Positions 29,777-41,141 are shown, numbered from the stretch's first letter. The stretch is 64,000 bases of DNA from an uncultured Chloroflexia bacterium (GCA_963765765.1 CAVXYC010000032.1:1-64000); one strand, 5' to 3'. The notes: generated by a model from the sequence alone, not told the origin. Program-made: numbers and translations.

Positions 29777-31120
29777 TTACGTCTCGATTTGCCGGATGCG
29801 GGGTACTCGCCAGGCCACGCCTAGTGCCAACAGAATGACCACGGCGCCCATCCAGGTTGCTGTGTAAGGCGCACCGATGAGCTCTGTACTGATTCCAGCG
29901 AATAGGGCCCCGATGGGTCCAAGGCCTTGATCCAGCATCCAGATACTCATGACCCGTCCCCGGAGCTGGTCTGGAACTACCACCTGGACAACCGTGTTCG
30001 CCGTGGTCATGTACGACATCTGGCACGCGCCCATGAAGAATAGCGCAAGCATGGCCATTGGAAGCGAGCGCATTTGTGCGAACAAGATGATTGACGCACC
30101 AAGCATTCCCAATCCTACCAGCATGACTACGCCCTTACGCTTCACCCGACTGGCCCAGGCAGCGAGAACAAAGGTCGCGGTGACCGCTCCAATTCCGGGA
30201 GCCGCCAGAAGCAGCCCGAGTCCCTCGGGTCCAACGCCCAACACATCTTTCTGAAATACCGGCATGAGCGCGTTGGTGATGGGTAAGGACAGCATGTGGG
30301 GAATGAGTGAGATGATGATCAATGTCAGGACCACAGGGGTGGACTTGACGTACAGAAGTCCTTCTTTCAGATTGGAGAGGGGTGAGGACTTTCGTGCGTT
30401 TGCCGGGGTTGGCGGCGCCTGCATGAAATAGATCGTCAACATGAGCACGCTGTACACGAGACCCTGGACGAAGAAATTGCCGGCCGCGCCAAAAGCGGCG
30501 ATGAGCAGTCCCCCGAGTGCCGGGCCTACCACCTTCATGCTGTTGAAGCCCATTGAGTTGAGCGCTAGCGCGTTCATCAGGTCGCGCTTCGGGACTAAGT
30601 TTGGCACGAGTGTCTGACGCACGGGCTGCGTAATGGACCACATCGAAGCGGTGAGGAAGGTGAATAGAAACAGGTGCCAGACCTCGGCCATGTGGAAAAG
30701 CACAAGGACGCCCATCACCGTGGTGATAACGGCCAGAGCAGGCTGAATGAGCAAGAGTAATCCGCGTCGGTCGAACCGATCCGCCGCAACCCCTGCGAGC
30801 GGACCAAAGACCAGGAATGGGAGCGCTCGGAAGCCATTGAGTGCCCCGAGCAGCACCGCCGAGCCGGTCAGGTCATAGAGCAGCCAACCAAGGGTCACTT
30901 GCTGAATCCACTGGCCAGCACTCATGAGCAGTGTGCCGAACCAGAGAAGTCGATAGTTTCGGTGACGCAGCGACGAGAAGACGCTCCCAATACCGGCCGG
31001 TGGCGCGGGCGTGCCGTGATGGAGCCCCGGATCAACGGTGTTCGTTTGGGGTACCGTGCTCGACGGTGCCCGGGATTGTTCATTTGTGGACGGAAGAGTT
31101 CCTTGTGCGACCGGCTCCAA
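29777..31120 (-). CDS. MFS transporter, second tandem paralog
   Basis: FSSLRHRNYRLLW, AGQWIQQVTLGW, VPDQLRGRV. Confidence 0.9.
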   Translation of the reverse strand: MEPVAQGTLPSTNEQSRAPSSTVPQTNTVDPGLHHGTPAPPAGIGSVFSSLRHRNYRLLWFGTLLMSAGQWIQQVTLGWLLYDLTGSAVLLGALNGFRALPFLVFGPLAGVAADRFDRRGLLLLIQPALAVITTVMGVLVLFHMAEVWHLFLFTFLTASMWSITQPVRQTLVPNLVPKRDLMNALALNSMGFNSMKVVGPALGGLLIAAFGAAGNFFVQGLVYSVLMLTIYFMQAPPTPANARKSSPLSNLKEGLLYVKSTPVVLTLIIISLIPHMLSLPITNALMPVFQKDVLGVGPEGLGLLLAAPGIGAVTATFVLAAWASRVKRKGVVMLVGLGMLGASIILFAQMRSLPMAMLALFFMGACQMSYMTTANTVVQVVVPDQLRGRVMSIWMLDQGLGPIGALFAGISTELIGAPYTATWMGAVVILLALGVAWRVPRIRQIET

Positions 31121-31151
31121 GAGCGCTCCTAATGTGGAATAACGGGCAGCT

Positions 31152-32468
31152 TTAGGCGGTTTCGATGCTTCTCAGATGGGGGACTCGCCAAGCCAATACC
31201 AGGGCCAGTGTCAGGACAATCGAGCCCATAATCGTGACTGTGAGCGGAGCGCCGATCAGGTGCGCGCCCAAGCCAGCCAGCAACGCGCCTATGGGAGCAA
31301 GTCCTCGATCGAGCATGTAAATGCTCATGACGCGGCCACGCAGCTCGTCCGGAACGATGCTCTGAAGCATGGCGTTCGTGCTATTCATGAAGATCATCTG
31401 GCACGCACCTACACCGGTCAGCGCTAGCATGGCCAGCGGGAGAGATGTCGTTCGCGAAAAGAAAATCAGGCAGGCACCCAGAGCTACAAGTCCCACAATG
31501 AGAATGGAGCCGTTACGCTTCATCCGGTGCGCCGTGGCTGCCAGCGACACGAGAGCAATGACCGCACCAACCCCCGGTGCTGCCATGAGCAAGCCCAGCG
31601 CCTCGGGCCCCAGGTTCAGGACATCTTTCTGAAACACAGGCATCAGGACCTGATACGGGAACGAGAAGACGTGTGGGATAAGCGCCGCGGTCATAAGCGC
31701 CAGGACCGAGGGTGTCTTGGCGACGTAGCGGAGACCTTCCTTCATGTCTGCCAGCGCGGAAGTCTTCCTCGCTCGTCGAACCGTATCGCTCATTGGAACC
31801 GCTATCTGGAAGGTAAGCCAGACCACAAACGCGTACGCCACGGCCTGAACATAGAAATTGCCACCCGCCCCAAATAGGGCGATGAGCAGACCGCCCAGTG
31901 CCGGGCCCACCATCTTGGTGCTGTTCATCGCCATGGAGTTGAGCGTGATGGCGTTCATCAAATCGGTCCGCGGCACCACGTTGGGAATCATGGCCTGCTT
32001 GACCGGCTGATTGCAGGAGAAGATCGTAGCCGTGATAAGCGTGAAGGCGAAAATCTGCCACACTTCCAGAGTGCCGGACGTCACCAGCACGCCCATCAAG
32101 AAGGTGGCGACAACCAGTATTGGGGAGTACACGAGTAGCAGTCGGCGGCGATCCATCCGGTCGGCTATGACGCCGGCGATGGGGCCGGAAATCAAGAAGG
32201 GCGCTGCTCGCAGTCCATTGAGTGCGCCTAACAGAACGGCTGAGCCAGAAAGGTCATACAACAGCCAGCCAAGCGTGACCTGTTGAATCCATTGGCCTGC
32301 GCCCATGAAGAACGAAGCTGACCAGAGCAGTCGGTAGTTGCGATGTCGGAGCGAGGAGAATACTGGACCAAAGAAACGCGCACCGGGCGCGGACGTCGCC
32401 TCGCTGACTCCGCCGGGCCCATGTGGAGCTGAATCTACGACTGCCTGCTGTACAGCTTCGAGGCTCAA
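31152..32468 (-). CDS. MFS transporter, first tandem paralog
   Basis: FSSLRHRNYRLLW, AGQWIQQVTLGW; start overlaps the MerR stop. Confidence 0.9.
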   Translation of the reverse strand: MSLEAVQQAVVDSAPHGPGGVSEATSAPGARFFGPVFSSLRHRNYRLLWSASFFMGAGQWIQQVTLGWLLYDLSGSAVLLGALNGLRAAPFLISGPIAGVIADRMDRRRLLLVYSPILVVATFLMGVLVTSGTLEVWQIFAFTLITATIFSCNQPVKQAMIPNVVPRTDLMNAITLNSMAMNSTKMVGPALGGLLIALFGAGGNFYVQAVAYAFVVWLTFQIAVPMSDTVRRARKTSALADMKEGLRYVAKTPSVLALMTAALIPHVFSFPYQVLMPVFQKDVLNLGPEALGLLMAAPGVGAVIALVSLAATAHRMKRNGSILIVGLVALGACLIFFSRTTSLPLAMLALTGVGACQMIFMNSTNAMLQSIVPDELRGRVMSIYMLDRGLAPIGALLAGLGAHLIGAPLTVTIMGSIVLTLALVLAWRVPHLRSIETA

Positions 32469-32932
32469 ACTCCGGCCTGTCCCGCTGGCACCTTCTCCAG
32501 CTCGTTGAGCTGTTCTAGCCGCTGACGGTAGCGATCAAGTTTGGCCCGCCATTCTGATCCAAGCATCTGAAGCTGCTCCACTTTTTCGTTGAGGAGCTGT
32601 TCCTCGCGTTCGAGCAGCTCAACGGCCTGAAGAAGCTGCTGCCGCTTGGCTTCCACGTCGGATTCCTGGCGTGCCTGCTGACCGATCTCAGAGATGGTCT
32701 CCTCTGCTTCGATCATGCGCTTGGTTTCAGGAATGCTCAACTTGAGCACATTCCGAAAGCGGGCGATGCGCTCAACGCGACGAAGATCGTCCTGCGTATA
32801 CAGTCGAAATCCTCCGTCGAGGCGCGTCGCGGGCTGTAGTAACCCACGCTCCTCGTAGAAGCGCAATGTGCGCTGGGTGAGACCCGTGCGTTCGGCGATT
32901 TCGCCTATCTGCATAAAGGGCTTGTCCATCAT
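32465..32932 (-). CDS. MerR family transcriptional regulator
   Basis: IGEIAERTGLTQRTLRFYEERGLL, GGFRLY; coiled-coil C-terminus with no Cys. Confidence 0.92.
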   Translation of the reverse strand: MMDKPFMQIGEIAERTGLTQRTLRFYEERGLLQPATRLDGGFRLYTQDDLRRVERIARFRNVLKLSIPETKRMIEAEETISEIGQQARQESDVEAKRQQLLQAVELLEREEQLLNEKVEQLQMLGSEWRAKLDRYRQRLEQLNELEKVPAGQAGV

Positions 32933-32979
32933 TCCTCGCTCCGCGGGCGTCGGCGAGTGCGTACTCTGCCAGCCTTTAT

Positions 32980-33008
32980 ATTATCGACAACTCTTCCGTT
33001 AACGTCAA
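32980..33008 (-). promoter_or_regulatory. merR-MFS promoter with a palindromic core over the -35 box
   Basis: TTGACG-N17-GATAAT; box TTGACGTTAACGGAAG with CGTTAACG palindrome. Confidence 0.6.
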
Positions 33009-33175
33009 GGTGATAACCATCGCGGTAAGGTGCGGCCTGAATTGCTAGCGCAGGCGTCTCTGCCTCTCCACTTTCCGATCGCGCTGTGATGCACCGGACA
33101 AGCAGAGACGCATGCTGCACGGGTCCGGAGCCCCTTTTCGGTGCCGTTGATCGGAGCGTGCGACAATGTCTCGAT

Positions 33176-34177
33176 ATGCAGCTTGGAGATAGCAGCGCTT
33201 CACGCGCCATTGACGTTGACAGCCTGACCAAGCGATTCGGGAACTTCACGGCCGTCGACGATGTGACTTTCAACGTGGATGAAGCTGAAGTCTTCGGATT
33301 TCTTGGCCCAAACGGAGCAGGCAAGAGCACGACGATAAGTGTGTTGTGCACGCTCCTGCGTCCGACGTCCGGACGCGTCCAAGTGAATGGTTTCGATGTG
33401 GCACGCCAGTCTGATGACGTCCGTCGGTCCATCGGATTAATCTTTCAAGATCCCAGTCTCGACGGCCAGCTCACGGCCAAAGAGAATCTAGAGTTCCACT
33501 CGTTCCTTTACAACGTTCCCCGCCGTGACGCAGCGGAGCGGCAGGAGTCACTCCTACGGATGGTGGACCTCTGGGATCGTCGTAATGCCATCGTCAAGGC
33601 GTTTTCCGGAGGCATGAAGCGTCGGCTCGAGATCGTACGCGGCCTGCTCCATCGGCCTCGGATCCTCTTTCTGGATGAGCCCACGATTGGTCTGGATCCA
33701 CAAACGCGGCGCCTCATCTGGCAGTACATTCTTGACCTTCACAAGAGTGAGGGGATCACGCTGTTCCTGACGACGCACTATCTGGAAGAGGCCGAGTACT
33801 GTGACCGGATCGCGATCATCGATCACGGACAAATCGTGGCTCTCGATACACCCAAGCGGCTTAAAGAGCGTGTCGGTGGCGACGTCATCACGCTACGGAC
33901 GCCCGACAACGAGAGCGCTGCCGGGCGTATCCAGGCCGCGCACGGCCTCATCCCTGAGCGGCAGGACGGAATGCTGCGCATCGAAGTGCCGCGCGGCGAC
34001 GAGGTAATTCCTCGATTGGTGCAGACCCTGGGCGGCGACATCAGCTCCATCAACCTGAGCCGCCCGACGTTGGACGACGTCTTCTTGAAATTGACGGGGC
34101 ACGCAATTCGAGATGAAGACAGCAGCGAGATGGACACGATGAGGCAGGGGATGCGCATGTGGGGCGGGAGACGCTAG
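33176..34177 (+). CDS. ABC exporter ATP-binding protein (DrrA-like)
   Basis: GPNGAGKST, FSGGMKRRLEI, LFLDEPTIGLDPQTR, PTLDDVFLKLTG. Confidence 0.92.
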   Translation: MQLGDSSASRAIDVDSLTKRFGNFTAVDDVTFNVDEAEVFGFLGPNGAGKSTTISVLCTLLRPTSGRVQVNGFDVARQSDDVRRSIGLIFQDPSLDGQLTAKENLEFHSFLYNVPRRDAAERQESLLRMVDLWDRRNAIVKAFSGGMKRRLEIVRGLLHRPRILFLDEPTIGLDPQTRRLIWQYILDLHKSEGITLFLTTHYLEEAEYCDRIAIIDHGQIVALDTPKRLKERVGGDVITLRTPDNESAAGRIQAAHGLIPERQDGMLRIEVPRGDEVIPRLVQTLGGDISSINLSRPTLDDVFLKLTGHAIRDEDSSEMDTMRQGMRMWGGRR

Positions 34178-34197
34178 GGCACAATGAAGACTGAAAT

Positions 34198-35097
34198 GTG
34201 CAGAGTAAAACATTGAATCAAGCGAACACTGCGTCGGAACTGGTGCGTTCGGAGCGTAAGCAGACTTCCGCGGGCCATTCGGCGCTTTTCACCCTCCACT
34301 CTTCACTCCGGGGCGTCTACATCATCTGGTATCGCGATGTCCTACGCTTCGTCCGCGATCGACCGCGGATCATTGCCGCCATGGCCCAGCCCGCACTGTA
34401 TCTGCTCATCTTTGGCAGCGGTGTCTCTTCGGCCATGCGCGGTCCGACCGCGTCCGGGGCCGATTACCTTCAGTTCCTCTTTCCGGGCGTGGTTGGGATG
34501 ACGGTGCTATTCACATCTGTCTTCACGGCCATGTCCATTGTCTGGGACCGCGAATTTGGCTTTTTGAAGGAAGTGCTCGTGGCGCCCGTAAGCCGAACCG
34601 CTGTAGCCATTGGCAAGGCGCTTGGTGGAAGCACCCAGGCGGTGCTGCAGGGAAGCATTGTGCTGCTGCTTGCCCCGCTGGCCGGAGTGTCGCTCAGCCT
34701 CGCCACTATCGTGACCGTGCTTCCGCTGATGTTCTTGCTCGCCTTCGCCCTCACGAGCCTCAGCATCGCACTGGCCGCACGGATGCGCTCCATGGAGGGA
34801 TTTCAGGTCATGATGAACTTCTTCATGATGCCGCTGTTCTTTCTCAGCGGCGCTCTTTTCCCGCTCGATGGGCTTCCCGTCTGGCTGACTGTACTTACGC
34901 TACTGGATCCAGCAACCTACGGCATCGATCCAATCCGGCGAGTCATCATGATCGGCTCAGGCTACAGCCCCGACGCTCTACCGGCCCTGGAGATCTTCGG
35001 CTTCCCGCTCACGATCGCGCATGAGGTCGCGATTCTCGCGTGCTTTGCGGCTGTAATGCTGGCGCTCGCGGTGCGCTCCTTCGCGCAGCAGGACTAG
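34198..35097 (+). CDS. ABC-2 type permease (DrrB-like)
   Basis: WDREFGFLKEVLVAP, FFLSGALFP. Confidence 0.9.
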   Translation: MQSKTLNQANTASELVRSERKQTSAGHSALFTLHSSLRGVYIIWYRDVLRFVRDRPRIIAAMAQPALYLLIFGSGVSSAMRGPTASGADYLQFLFPGVVGMTVLFTSVFTAMSIVWDREFGFLKEVLVAPVSRTAVAIGKALGGSTQAVLQGSIVLLLAPLAGVSLSLATIVTVLPLMFLLAFALTSLSIALAARMRSMEGFQVMMNFFMMPLFFLSGALFPLDGLPVWLTVLTLLDPATYGIDPIRRVIMIGSGYSPDALPALEIFGFPLTIAHEVAILACFAAVMLALAVRSFAQQD

Positions 35098-35120
35098 GCG
35101 CGGCGTTGCCAGTGCGGAGT

Positions 35121-35627
35121 TTATTCCGCCAGTGCCCGCAACGCTTCGCCATCCACGCGACAGGTGGTCCAGTCGTCCATGAGCCGTGCGCCCAGCCGTT
35201 GGTAGAAACCGATTGCCGGAGTGTTCCAGTCCAGCACAGACCATTCCAGTCTGCCGCAGCCGCGTTCAACCGCGATGCTCGCCAGACGTTGGAGTAACGC
35301 TTTGCCGAGTCCGCGTCCGCGTCGCTCAGGGAGCACGAAGAGATCTTCTAAATAGAGGCCGGGCTGCACGCGAAACGTCGAATAATTATGGAAGAAGAGT
35401 GCGAAGCCGGCCGGCCCGGACTCATCTTCAACGATGATCGCCTCGCAAAACACGCGCCTTCCAAACAGGTGCTCGCGAAGATCATTAGCTGAGCCGATCA
35501 CCTCATGGCGGAGCTTCTCGTAGTCAGCAAGTCCACATATCAACTCGAAGATCAGCGGAACGTCGTCACAAGTGGCGTTGCGAACCTGAATATGCCGTTC
35601 ACTGTGCTTGGCAAGTTCGGACATCAT
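35121..35627 (-). CDS. GNAT N-acetyltransferase (SSAT/diamine acetyltransferase-like)
   Basis: LYLEDLFV, RGRGLGKALL, WSVLDWNTPAIGFY. Confidence 0.92.
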   Translation of the reverse strand: MMSELAKHSERHIQVRNATCDDVPLIFELICGLADYEKLRHEVIGSANDLREHLFGRRVFCEAIIVEDESGPAGFALFFHNYSTFRVQPGLYLEDLFVLPERRGRGLGKALLQRLASIAVERGCGRLEWSVLDWNTPAIGFYQRLGARLMDDWTTCRVDGEALRALAE

Positions 35628-35737
35628 GACGCCAAATGGTACAGCCTTCATTCTGGTCTGCGGAGCCCGAATTCTCGATAATATGTCAAGTTCAATCCGG
35701 GCCGGCGTGCCCGCGATTCAGGTTTGATCCCCCACGT

Positions 35738-36451
35738 ATGACCCTACTCCCACTTTTGCGCCCGCGCGCGTATCGGCGCGCGCCTTCAGGTCCACTTATT
35801 TCCATCGTTCTCGGTGTCCTGGCTGTTGCAGTCCTGACCATCGGTTGCTCGCGGCCGGTGGTCGCGGCGACGCCTATGACCTACGTTGCCATTGGCGCTT
35901 CAGATGCGGTGGGTGTGGGCGCGGCCTCGCCTGAGCATGAAGGTTGGGTTCCGCGCCTTGGGGCGCAGCTGGGATCCGACGTCCGAGTGGTCAATCTGGG
36001 TATCAGCGGCTCAACCCTGGCGCAGGCGTTGAAGGAGCAGGTTGAGCCGGCTGTCGATGCGCAACCGGAGCTGGTGACAATCTGGCTAGCTGTCAATGAC
36101 CTGAACGCCCGCGTGCCCCTGACGCGCTACGAAGCAGACCTTGACCGTCTTCTGGCTACTGTGAGCCAAGACGGTCGTTGTGTACTGGTGGGAAACGTTC
36201 CGGATCTCACCCGAGCGCCCGCTTACGCGCGGGTCGACCCTCAGGTGCTACGCGCGACGATCCAGGAATGGAATTCCGTCATTGGGTCCGTAGTGAGCCG
36301 CCACGGCGCCAGGCTCGTGGACCTCGACGCGCGGTGGAAGGAGCTGACTGAACGACCGGAGCTCATCTCAGCGGACGGGTTCCATCCGAGCAGCGAAGGG
36401 TATGAGCTGCTGGCCACGCTGTTCCTGGAGGCGTATCGTGGTGGCTGCTGA
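35738..36451 (+). CDS. SGNH/GDSL hydrolase, probable lipoprotein
   Basis: [23 protein letters not shown]; LTIGC lipobox-like. Confidence 0.85.
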   Translation: MTLLPLLRPRAYRRAPSGPLISIVLGVLAVAVLTIGCSRPVVAATPMTYVAIGASDAVGVGAASPEHEGWVPRLGAQLGSDVRVVNLGISGSTLAQALKEQVEPAVDAQPELVTIWLAVNDLNARVPLTRYEADLDRLLATVSQDGRCVLVGNVPDLTRAPAYARVDPQVLRATIQEWNSVIGSVVSRHGARLVDLDARWKELTERPELISADGFHPSSEGYELLATLFLEAYRGGC

Positions 36452-37184
36452 GATGGTGGTCGCCGCTCATGGGCTCAGCAAGACCTATAAGTCCGGACGC
36501 CTGCGGGTACATGCGCTGAAACGTGTCTCATTGGGGATCGCGAGGGGCGAGATCGTGGCGATTGTGGGACCCAGCGGCTGTGGGAAAACGACGCTCCTGC
36601 ACTGCCTGGCGGGACTTGAGGACTTCGACGAAGGGGAAGTCTGGATCGAGCACCAGGATCTTCGCCGACTTGACGATGGTCAGCGGGCGAACCACCGCGC
36701 GCGGCGTATGGGGTTCGTGTTTCAAAATTACAACTTGCTGCCCGTGCTGGATGCGCTGGAAAACGTGGAGCTTCCGCTCCTACTCGCTGGGCGCTCCGGT
36801 GCCGATGCACGCAAGCGGGCAATGCGGGCACTCGAATCGGTGGGCCTCGAGCATCGGCTGCGTCATCGCCCCAATGAGCTCTCCGGAGGACAACAGCAGC
36901 GCGTTGCCATTGCTCGCGCACTAGCTCCGGAGCCAGCCGTCATCTGGGCGGACGAGCCCACGGGGAATCTTGACACAGAATCCGCCGAGGAGATCATGCA
37001 GCTCGTGGAGAGGCTGAACCGCGAGAACGGTCAGACCTTTGTCCTCGTCACGCACGCATCAGAAGTGGCGGCCCGGGCTCATCGGATTATCCGCATGAGG
37101 GATGGCGAAATTGTGTCGGACGAAGCCCGTGGCCTTACTGGACCTACGCCCGCTCCCTCTCCCCCTGGGAGAGGGCTGGGGTGA
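36438..37184 (+). CDS. ABC transporter ATP-binding protein (LolD-like)
   Basis: [31 protein letters not shown]. Confidence 0.92.
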   Translation: MVAAEMVVAAHGLSKTYKSGRLRVHALKRVSLGIARGEIVAIVGPSGCGKTTLLHCLAGLEDFDEGEVWIEHQDLRRLDDGQRANHRARRMGFVFQNYNLLPVLDALENVELPLLLAGRSGADARKRAMRALESVGLEHRLRHRPNELSGGQQQRVAIARALAPEPAVIWADEPTGNLDTESAEEIMQLVERLNRENGQTFVLVTHASEVAARAHRIIRMRDGEIVSDEARGLTGPTPAPSPPGRGLG

Positions 37185-37185
37185 G
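37152..37185. repeat. Single REP-like copy forming the 3' end of the ABC ATPase gene
   Basis: 33/34 identical to 5993-6026. Confidence 0.75.
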
Positions 37186-37214
37186 AATAGCCAGCACACT
37201 CTCCCTTAACTAGC

Positions 37215-40200
37215 ATGCGTTCACTCTTCGGGCTCTCTCAGGACGCACTCGTTGTCGGCGTTGGCGCGGCAATGCTGGTTCTCGTCCTTGTACTCGGCGT
37301 GCTCACGTTTCGTCAGCCTCTCTTTGCCCGTCTAGCCGTCCGACGAGCTTTCAGGCGTCCCGGGCTCGCGGTGCTGATCACGGCTGGTCTGACCGTCAGC
37401 ACGATCGTTCTTTCCAGCGCGTTCACGACCGGAGACACGGTCAGTCTGTCCGTTCGATCGGTTGTAGCCGGCGTGGTGGGCTCGGCGGACGAAATCGTTT
37501 TTCTGCCAAAGCGCCAGCGGCGCTCCGGGGCGGAGCTTGCCCAGGCGCTCGCCAGCGGAACTTTTCTTACGGGCTGGAATGAGTACTTCTCAGAATCTGA
37601 GCTCGGCCGCATCCAAAGCGCGTTGGCTGATAACCCGCGGGTCGCCTCGGTGATGCCCGCGATATTAGAGCATGTGGCAGTGTCCACCGCGGATCTGGGA
37701 TTCCGTGGACAGGTTGCCGTTCTGGGCCTGCCGGTGGACGAGGTTGCGTCGGCTGGTGGCCTGTGGACGACGGACGGACAGGCCATAGATCTCAGCAAGT
37801 TAGCTGACGATGCAGTCCTGATGAACACCGAGGCGGCAGCGGCGCTTGCCGTGGCGCCGGGTGATTCGCTCCGCCTGCTTGGTCTGGCGCGTGAGACGGA
37901 CCTTCGTATTGCGGCCATCACTCGCCTAGGGGACATTGGCGGCGGACAGGCCGCGATGTTCCTCCCGCTTCCGCGGCTGCAGGCAATCGCCGAACGTACC
38001 GGAGAGATCAATCAGATCCTCGTCAGTAATCGCGGCGGCGCCACCGAGCGCATCCGCGGCTCCTGGCCCGTGACAGTGGCACTTCGATCGGCGTTGCTTG
38101 ACGACGAAGCTGGCGCCAGGCTCTTCCAGGCCCTCTCCCAGCCCGCGGTGCGAGATGCGCTGGCGCGTGAGTCGATTCGGAGCCCCGGCAGTGGTCGAGC
38201 TCAGGAGAAGCTGAACCTTCTGGTGCAATCTCTCCAGCGCGATCAGGCCAATCCAGAGTTCGAGGCGTTGGTGCAAGACCCTGAGCTGTTGGGCAGGGTG
38301 GCGTCCAGCCTGAACGTCAGCCCGGGTGCGCTCGAGCAGAGCCCGCTGTTTGGGCCGGGTGGAGGGCGACGTCTCCGTGTGCTGGATGTTCAACAGATGG
38401 CGCAGGATCAGGCAGATCGCTGGGCAAGTGCGTTCACATCTCTATTCGTTGCTCTTGGCCTCTTCTCACTGAGTACAGGAGTGCTGCTGATCGTGCTCAT
38501 CTTCTCGCTGCTGGCGCTCGAGCGTCGTGGCGAGCTGGGCACCGTCCGCGCACTTGGAGGGCGCCGCTCCGACGTGGTGACGATGCTGGTGTTCGAGGGT
38601 GTGATTCACAGCGCGTTGGCGGCCGCGGTGGGGTTGGCTCTTGGTGTTGCACTCGCGCTTGCGCTTCTGGCGGTGGCTGGCGGGCTGCTCTCTCAGTACG
38701 GCTTCCGCCTGGAGCCCGCCATCGAGCCGGCGAGCCTGCTGGTAAGCGCTGGGCTGGGATTCCTACTTACCGCGGTGACCGTGGCATACGGATCCTGGCG
38801 AGCGAGTCGTTTTTCGATCGTCGCAGCGATCCGCGATCTGCCCGATCCTGGCGACCGAGCGACCACCTGGCTCGGGCTCGTGCCGGGGGTTATTACTGTG
38901 ATTGCGAGCTTTGCGGTGGGATGGCTTGGAGTCGTTCGAAGCTGGTCTCTGGCCTATGTGGTGGGCGCCGCGCTAGCGGTCGTCGGCGCGGCGCTGCTCG
39001 GCCGATTTGTGTTGCGACGATTCCTCAGTGGGCGTGGTGAGCGTGTGTTGTGGAGCCTGGCGGGCATCGTACTCGTCCTCTTTGGGTGCGTTCCAGCGGA
39101 GTGGCTTCGTACGTTAGGCGTCACTACCGTGCAGAGCTCTGTTGAGCTGAGTGTCTGGCGGGGTTTGTGCGCGGTGCTGGGCGGAGTGTGGGCGCTGGCC
39201 ATGAACGCAGGTGTAATTCGCCTGGCAGCACGCCGATTCATCGCGCTGCGTCTCGGGGCAGCTGAGCTGGCGGCACATCGATTTCGAACCGGCATGACAC
39301 TGACTATGTTTGCGTTGGTGGTGCTGAGTCTTACCGTGGCCGGCGTGCTGCTTACCGTGACTCACGTGGCATTTGGGGATCCCGAGGTAACGAGTGGCGG
39401 CTGGCATCTTCGCGGTGAGAAAGACGGTCCGCCGTTGGATCTCACCACCGCCCTCGAGAGTGGTCCGGTCGATCCTGAGTGGTTCAAAGGCACGGCGACG
39501 GCCGCAACCATTCCTGTTCAGGCAATTCAGACCGGCGCTCCGGGCGCACGTTGGGGCACAGCAAACGTCACGTTGGTCGATGACGCGTTCACCGAATCAG
39601 TCACCTCGCTGGCGCGGGCCGGCGCGGAAGATTCACGGGCGCTCTGGCGACGTCTCGCCGAAACGCCTGGAAGCGCCATCGTAGGGCGCGGGCCTGCTCA
39701 CTTCCACGGGGAATGACGCGCGCATAAACGCGAGCGACGGCGCGGGGTTCCAGCCGTTCTCCATCTGGGTTCGGGATACTCGATCGACGCAGCCGGCTAT
39801 ACGACTCGAAGTTATCGGTATCGCAGATGGACGCGGACCGTACAGCCGGACGATCGTCGTGGGTCAGGACGGACTTCAAGCCTGGCCTGAGCCTGACCGG
39901 TATAGCTACCTGTTTGCAATGAAGGACCCTGAGCTGGCGCGCGACACGGCGTTGGCGGTGAGTTTCGCGGTGCCCGAGCTCAATATCCTGGTCATCGGCG
40001 ACGAGCTTCGCTTGATGCAAGGCGTGCGCGGGCTGCTCACTACGGTGCTCCAGGGCTACATGGCCATAGGGCTCATCTCGGGGCTAGCCGCCCTGGCGGT
40101 CATCAGCGCGCGTGCCGTAGTGGAGCGTCGTCGTCAGCTCGGCACGCTCAGAGCGCTCGGCGCGAGCGGCCGATCGATCACCATCATGCTCTTGCTCGAG

Positions 40201-40434
40201 GCAGGGCTCGTGGCCGTCGCCGGTGCGCTCCTCGGTGTCGCCGTCGGGCTGGTGGTTGCAAACCAGATCGTAGGTGTCCTCGTGCGTCAGACGCCGGAGC
40301 TTCGATTCACAATTCCGTGGGATCAGCTCGGGATTTTGATCGGAGTGGTGCTCATCACCGGCCTGTTGACCACGGTCGTTCCAGCCCGCCAGGCCGGCCG
40401 CCTGGCGCCAGCGGAGGCGTTGCGGGAGGGCTGA
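37215..40434 (+). CDS. Large FtsX-like ABC permease, frameshifted around 39700-39760
   Basis: Two FtsX motifs ERRGELGTVRALGG and ERRRQLGTLRALGA; C-terminal PARQAGRLAPAEALR. Confidence 0.82.
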
Positions 40435-40451
40435 GTATGGCTCCTTAGTGG

Positions 40452-40478
40452 TACGATAGTATTACTCTTACCAGTAAG
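40452..40478 (+). promoter_or_regulatory. Putative TA promoter and operator
   Basis: TACGAT -10-like box followed by palindromes agtattact and cttac-ca-gtaag just upstream of the antitoxin. Confidence 0.45.
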
Positions 40479-40485
40479 GATTGGA

Positions 40486-40730
40486 ATGGCGATGCGAATT
40501 ACCTCAAAAGGCCAGGTCACGATCCCGCAGCACGTTCGGGAAGCGGCCGCTTGCTGCCCAATACAGAAGTCGATTTTGTGATCGAGCCTGCTGGCGTTCG
40601 TATCGTGAAAGCCAAATCAGCCCAACGACCTACCCGTGGTGACCTGGCTGTCGAACGACTGCGCCGCGCCCGAAGCCATTTCTCAATGACCACCGAAGAG
40701 ATCATGGAGCTCACGCGAGGAGACAATTGA
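40486..40730 (+). CDS. vapB: AbrB/MazE-type antitoxin, frameshifted near 40548 (absent from ORF track)
   Basis: MRITSKGQVTIPQHVREAA + LLPNTEVDFVIE...MTTEEIMELTRGDN. Confidence 0.8.
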
Positions 40731-41131
40731 CTGCCGTGATGGTCGACAGCAATGTGCTCATCGATGTCACCGCCGGTAACCCGACCTGGGAGGATCGGTC
40801 CAGCTCGAGGATCAAGCGGCTGGCAGACGAGGCCCTGCTTCTTATCAATCCGCTCATCTTTGCTGAAGTGTCGATTGGCTTCGACTCGATCGAGGCACTC
40901 GACGATGCTCTTCCCACGGACCTATATCAACGAGTGGAGCTGCCGTATGAGGCAGCATTTCTGGCTGGCAAGGCCTTTCGCGATTACCGCCGCGCGGGGA
41001 CTTCGAAGCTCACCGATGCCGGACTTCTACATTGGCGCACACGCTGCTATCGCAGGCTACCGCCTTTTGACGCGCGACCGGCTCGATACCGTACCTATTT
41101 CCCAAGGTTGGAGCTCATTGCTCCTGAATGA
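40727..41131 (+). CDS. vapC: PIN-domain toxin with compensating frameshifts near the C-terminus
   Basis: VDSNVLID, INPLIFAEVS, PMPDFYIGAHA..LLTRD (alternate frame), RYRTYFP. Confidence 0.85.
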   Translation: MTAVMVDSNVLIDVTAGNPTWEDRSSSRIKRLADEALLLINPLIFAEVSIGFDSIEALDDALPTDLYQRVELPYEAAFLAGKAFRDYRRAGTSKLTDAGLLHWRTRCYRRLPPFDARPARYRTYFPRLELIAPE

Positions 41132-41141
41132 AGGAAGTGTC

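Noticed and set aside
35738-40434. GDSL hydrolase plus LolD/FtsX ABC operon as a novel system
   Set aside because: Resembles the known TesA-YbbAP type association.
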